A DNA stretch of 64,000 nt, taken from Nitrospirota bacterium. GTDB lineage: Bacteria; Nitrospirota; UBA9217. Below, one piece after another: positions 60,148 through 64,000 of the stretch; position 1 is the stretch's first letter; every line of letters begins with the position of its first letter. The position numbers and the translations under genes were made by a program. The notes under the pieces are model-generated. The model was not told where the DNA came from. It made no database searches and saw nothing but the letters and a program-made list of their open reading frames with translations. The stretch is from positions 1 to 64,000 of the forward strand of contig CAWIYV010000009.1 in assembly GCA_963840455.1 (NCBI GenBank), written 5' to 3'.

Positions 60148-60930
60148 GTGGATGTGGCAACGGATCACGAAGGGATAACCGCCCATGCCGTAACGTTCGA
60201 TCATCGAAGGGGACCTGTCTTCTATGCGTCCTTGCCCTGTAGGCCACGTGCCACTGAAACCCTCATCGGATACAGGACGAACGAGGCAGGAGAAAAGCAC
60301 CGCTTAGTCTCCATCCTGTGGGATCACCTTGCGGCGATGGAAGGCCCTCTTGGGAAATTCTGTCAATCCTCCAACAGAGTCGCCAACCCGATTCAGGTGG
60401 TCCGCGGCCCGCTGGGCAAGCCCCATCTCCTGTTGGGTGAGCATCGGGGGCCGGCTGTCTCCTTCAGCGAAGGTGGAGGGAAAGTTTGGGCCGCCCTCTG
60501 TGGGGATGGGTCCGATATCGGCATCGACGTGGCAGGGACCGACGAATTTCGGGGAGAATACCCCTTCCATCGGGTCTTTCATACACAAGAGCTTCAGCAT
60601 GCATCGATGTTGACAGGCGGAGATTTGGCAAAGGCATCAGCCCTGCTCTGGTCCATCAAGGAAGCCGTTGTCAAGGCTCTCGGATGCGGGTTCCATCTCG
60701 TGGATCCGAGGGAAATCTCCATCCATCCTTCAGAAGAAGAGGGCGGCGGGTATGCCTTTTCCGTGTGTCTATCAAAGAAGACCCAGGTGCGGTTCGCCAA
60801 TCGTGCCGGCTCGTCCCTAGGGGTACGTTCATTTCCCCGGCAGAAGACGTGGCTTTCCATCGCCCTCTTGAATCCAGGAGCGAGCGCATTCCCCGCAGCT
60901 TGCTGCGGGGTCAGCGAGCGATTAGAATAA
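60148..60930 (+). CDS. 4'-phosphopantetheinyl transferase (Sfp-like); C-terminus derived from a mobile element
   Basis: LGKP, VSFS, IGIDV, WSIKEAVVKALG; last ~19 codons lie inside the element. Confidence 0.88.
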   Translation: MDVATDHEGITAHAVTFDHRRGPVFYASLPCRPRATETLIGYRTNEAGEKHRLVSILWDHLAAMEGPLGKFCQSSNRVANPIQVVRGPLGKPHLLLGEHRGPAVSFSEGGGKVWAALCGDGSDIGIDVAGTDEFRGEYPFHRVFHTQELQHASMLTGGDLAKASALLWSIKEAVVKALGCGFHLVDPREISIHPSEEEGGGYAFSVCLSKKTQVRFANRAGSSLGVRSFPRQKTWLSIALLNPGASAFPAACCGVSERLE

Positions 60931-60984
60931 ATAATACTACCTAGAGGATCGAGGATTCCTGCAGCCTGCCGCAGGGAGCTTCAA
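60868..60984 (+). mobile_element. full-length copy of the IS200/IS605-like element inserted in the PPTase 3' end
   Basis: TTGAA|TCCAGGAGCGAGCGCATTCCCCGCAGCTTGCTGCGGGG..GCAGGGAGCTTCAA. Confidence 0.88.
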
Positions 60985-60993
60985 TCGGCAACC

Positions 60994-62175
60994 ATGAATA
61001 ACCTTACCTGGAAGTGCGTGCCACGGCTGGACGGAGCGTCGCCGGCGGATCTGGGACGGCTCTTTCCGGAGCCTTCTTTCACCGCACCGCTCCTTGGTCT
61101 GCTGCAGGAATCGGGTATTGACGGTTTTAACCTGCGGAGCATCGTGGTGTTAAAAGATGATGCCCCTATTCTCTTATTGCCTCTGTTTGAATTCCATTTT
61201 GATCTGTCCACGTTTGCGGAGGGATGGACCAGGAGATCGCTGAAAGCGGCAGCCCGTCTCATCCCCTCAATTTTTCATCCTCGTGTTCTCGGCGTGGGGC
61301 TGTTGGAAGGGGGATGGAGCGAGATCGGCATGGATCCTCAGATCGATGCCGGCACCCTTGAGGCGGCATGGAAAATGGCCCTGGACGCCTTGCAAGCGCT
61401 CGCGATCGGACTGAAAAGCGACGTCGTGGTGTTTTACAACTTTCATGATCATGGCAAACTCCCCGGGGACGTATTCATAAAGTTCAACCGGGTGCCATGG
61501 CTTCCCGGCGGCCGGCTGCCGATTGCTTTTAGCAGCGTGGAAGAATACGTAAGCCGCCTTTCCGGTGCCGCGAGAAAGGATCTGCACCGCAAAATGCGCG
61601 CCTCCCACGAGGTCAGGGTGGTCCGAAGCCGAGACATTGCTCCTTTTCTGGACAGGATCTACAGGCTTTATCGGGAAGCAGTGAAGCGGAGCCCCCTGGC
61701 GTTTGGCGTGCACAACCGTGTATTTTTTGAAAAGATCTGCGAGAGGATCCCGGGCGCCGAGTACACGCTCTATTTTGTGCAGGAAGAACTGGCCGCTTTC
61801 AATCTCCTCATCGTAAGACAAGAAGCGTTGGTGGATAAATATTTCTGCATGGATTACGAGCTCGGCCGCAAATACAACCTGTATGTTCTGTCCTGGCTTG
61901 AGAATGTCCGCTTCTGCGTGGAGCAAAAGATCCCCCTCTATCACGCAGGTCAGGGCGCGGAGAGAACCAAGGCGCACCTCGGTGCGACGTTCATCCCGAA
62001 CCTTATCTTATTCAAGCACCGCTGGTCGGTGTTTGACCGTTTTCTTTTTGAGCGGCCGGCAATGATCGAAAAGGTCCTCAGATACCTCGGGTTCAGGCCC
62101 GTCGTCTCCCCCCTCGCCGCCCCGCAGGCACCGGTTCCGGGGCCGGCAGGAGCACATCCCTGTTCGCCGCCTTGA
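60994..62175 (+). CDS. GNAT-fold protein, FemAB-like/Acetyltransf_6 type
   Basis: FSSVEEYVSRLSGAARKDLHRK, FFEKI, AAFNL, DKYFCMDY, NLY, AGQG..KAHLGA. Confidence 0.7.
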   Translation: MNNLTWKCVPRLDGASPADLGRLFPEPSFTAPLLGLLQESGIDGFNLRSIVVLKDDAPILLLPLFEFHFDLSTFAEGWTRRSLKAAARLIPSIFHPRVLGVGLLEGGWSEIGMDPQIDAGTLEAAWKMALDALQALAIGLKSDVVVFYNFHDHGKLPGDVFIKFNRVPWLPGGRLPIAFSSVEEYVSRLSGAARKDLHRKMRASHEVRVVRSRDIAPFLDRIYRLYREAVKRSPLAFGVHNRVFFEKICERIPGAEYTLYFVQEELAAFNLLIVRQEALVDKYFCMDYELGRKYNLYVLSWLENVRFCVEQKIPLYHAGQGAERTKAHLGATFIPNLILFKHRWSVFDRFLFERPAMIEKVLRYLGFRPVVSPLAAPQAPVPGPAGAHPCSPP

Positions 62176-62286
62176 TCCGACCGCGCAGGCGAATGGACTC
62201 AGGCGGGGCGAGCGTCTTCAGCGCCCGAAAAATGCCGGACGTTACGGCGCTCAATACCGCTGCACCGGAGAGGAAGAATTTGATCC

Positions 62287-63243
62287 ATGATGAAAGAAGC
62301 TGAGCACGCGATCGAAGTCGAGAGGCTGACGAAGCGTTACGGTGATCTGCCGGCGGTCAACGATATATCGTTTACCGTCAGGAAAGGCGAGGTGTTCGCG
62401 TTCCTGGGACCGAACGGCGCCGGCAAGACCACGACCGTCGAGATCATCGAGACGATCCGCACGCCCACATCCGGCAACGTAACCCTTCTGGGAATGGACG
62501 TCACGAAGAAAAAACACGACATCGTCTCCCGCATCGGCGTCCTGCCGCAGGAGTTCAGCTCGTTCGACCGGATAACGGTCAGAGAGACCGTGCAGTACTA
62601 TGCTCGGCTGTTCTGCTCCAGGAACACCGATATCGACGGGCTGATAGAGCTCGTGAACCTCAAGGACAAGACCAAAGAGCAGTACAAGACCCTCTCCGGG
62701 GGATTGCGGCAGCGCTTGGGAATCGCGATCGCGCTCGTGAACGACCCCGAGGTCGTGTTCCTCGACGAACCGACGACAGGGCTCGACCCCCGGGCACGGC
62801 GCGAGGTTTGGGAAGTTCTGCAGGGCCTGAAGAAAAAGGGGAAGACGGTGTTCCTGACCACGCACTACATGGAGGAGGCGGAGCTTCTTGCAGACACGGT
62901 CGCGATCATCTCGAAGGGGAAGATCATCGCGATGGGCTCTCCCGGGGAACTCATCGAAAAGAACGCGAATTACCTGGTCCTCACGCTGCAGTCCGTCGAT
63001 GAACAAGCCTTTGACATCGTCCGGAAGATGGGCTTCGAGCCGGTCCGTAACGACCACAATGTCATCAAGATCAGGGTGGAGCACCAGGACGATGTGCAGA
63101 ATATCCTGAACGCCATCAAGGATGTCGGGGCGTCGTACCTCGGCCTGGACGTCCGGAAGCCCAACCTTGAAGAAGTCTTCCTGAAGCTCACCGGCGAGGC
63201 GCTCAGCAACGTTCCCGTCGGCGGAAGGGGGGGGGCGGAATGA
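62287..63243 (+). CDS. ABC-2 type exporter ATP-binding subunit
   Basis: [32 protein letters not shown]. Confidence 0.95.
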   Translation: MMKEAEHAIEVERLTKRYGDLPAVNDISFTVRKGEVFAFLGPNGAGKTTTVEIIETIRTPTSGNVTLLGMDVTKKKHDIVSRIGVLPQEFSSFDRITVRETVQYYARLFCSRNTDIDGLIELVNLKDKTKEQYKTLSGGLRQRLGIAIALVNDPEVVFLDEPTTGLDPRARREVWEVLQGLKKKGKTVFLTTHYMEEAELLADTVAIISKGKIIAMGSPGELIEKNANYLVLTLQSVDEQAFDIVRKMGFEPVRNDHNVIKIRVEHQDDVQNILNAIKDVGASYLGLDVRKPNLEEVFLKLTGEALSNVPVGGRGGAE

Positions 63244-64000
63244 ACCTGCGCGTCGTCGCCGCAAATCTCGTCGTGAAACTCAGGTGCTTCTACCGCGAGA
63301 AGACCGCCATGTTCTTCACCCTAGCGTTCCCGATAATCCTGATACTCGTGTTCGGCACGATCTTCATGAGCGAAGACAACGTGAGCTACCATCTTTGCGT
63401 GCAGGACCTCGACCGGACACAGTCGTCTGCAGAGTCCATCAAGACCCTCGAGCTCAACGGGAAATTCAAGATAACCACGGTCGACCCTGCCGTCAACGCC
63501 GCGCAGTACGTCAGGACCAACAGGGTGAACCTTGTCCTCGTTATTCCCGAAGGCTATGAACGGTCCCTCCTGCAGAGGATGATGCTCGACGATATCAAGG
63601 CATCCGTCACCATCACCTATATCTACGACCCCAGCTCATCCTCGGTGGCGACGAAGATGGAGATCCTGAACGCAGTGCTCGCCGGCATGAACCAGAAAAT
63701 GTCCGGGAAACCGCCGTTCATCAAGTCGGTGGAGCGATCGATCCTCACCAAAAAATACCGGTTCATCGAGTTCTTCGTTCCCGGCATCATTGCGATGGCG
63801 GTGATGACGTTGAGCCTGTTCGGAACGGTGGACTCGGACACGGAGCTGCGGCAGAAGGGCATCCTCAGGAAGCTGTCCACCACGCCCATCACCCGCACCG
63901 ACTGGATACTGTCGAACATCCTGTACCAGTTCATCCTCGCGGTCCTATCCACGATCGCGATGCTGCTGGTGAGCTACGCCGTGTTTCATGTCAGCCTGCA
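63240..64000 (+). CDS. ABC-2 type exporter permease (truncated by window end)
   Basis: ATGA overlap; MNLRVVAAN..FFTLAFPIILILVFG, extracytoplasmic loop, FFVPGIIAM, ELRQKGILRKLSTTP; frame open to 64000. Confidence 0.9.
   Translation, partial: MNLRVVAANLVVKLRCFYREKTAMFFTLAFPIILILVFGTIFMSEDNVSYHLCVQDLDRTQSSAESIKTLELNGKFKITTVDPAVNAAQYVRTNRVNLVLVIPEGYERSLLQRMMLDDIKASVTITYIYDPSSSSVATKMEILNAVLAGMNQKMSGKPPFIKSVERSILTKKYRFIEFFVPGIIAMAVMTLSLFGTVDSDTELRQKGILRKLSTTPITRTDWILSNILYQFILAVLSTIAMLLVSYAVFHVSL

Overview
GC-rich diderm bacterial chromosome segment. Gene content and style suggest Nitrospirota or Desulfobacterota (inference, not tested). In order it holds: a Co/Ni ECF transporter (cbiMQO), several signalling genes, a long lptCAB-rpoN-hpf-ptsN-hprK-rapZ-mannose-type PTS-ptsH-ptsI operon, ubiE/menG and a geranylgeranyl-reductase-like gene, and a complete V/A-type ATPase operon with a thioredoxin/CcdA-like gene between subunits B and D. 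These are followed by a NosL-like gene, a frameshifted 7-heme cytochrome c, typA and a CheB-CheR/PAS pair. From about 50 kb there is a lipid/polyketide cluster: bCerS/YghO-like N-acyltransferase, His/Cys lipoprotein, a 2609-aa (ER')-ER-KS-AT-ACP-KR-DH synthase, PPTase, a FemAB-like GNAT and an ABC exporter. Intergenic DNA is full of small repeats. Seven copies of a ~112-nt non-autonomous element with IS200/IS605-like ends sit after (T/C)TGAA without target duplication; one copy rewrote the PPTase C-terminus. Several other 7-10-mer inverted tandem and REP-like families occur, some nested and one translated in-frame. No rRNA, tRNA or CRISPR array was seen. All calls come from reading motifs by eye; no database search was run.
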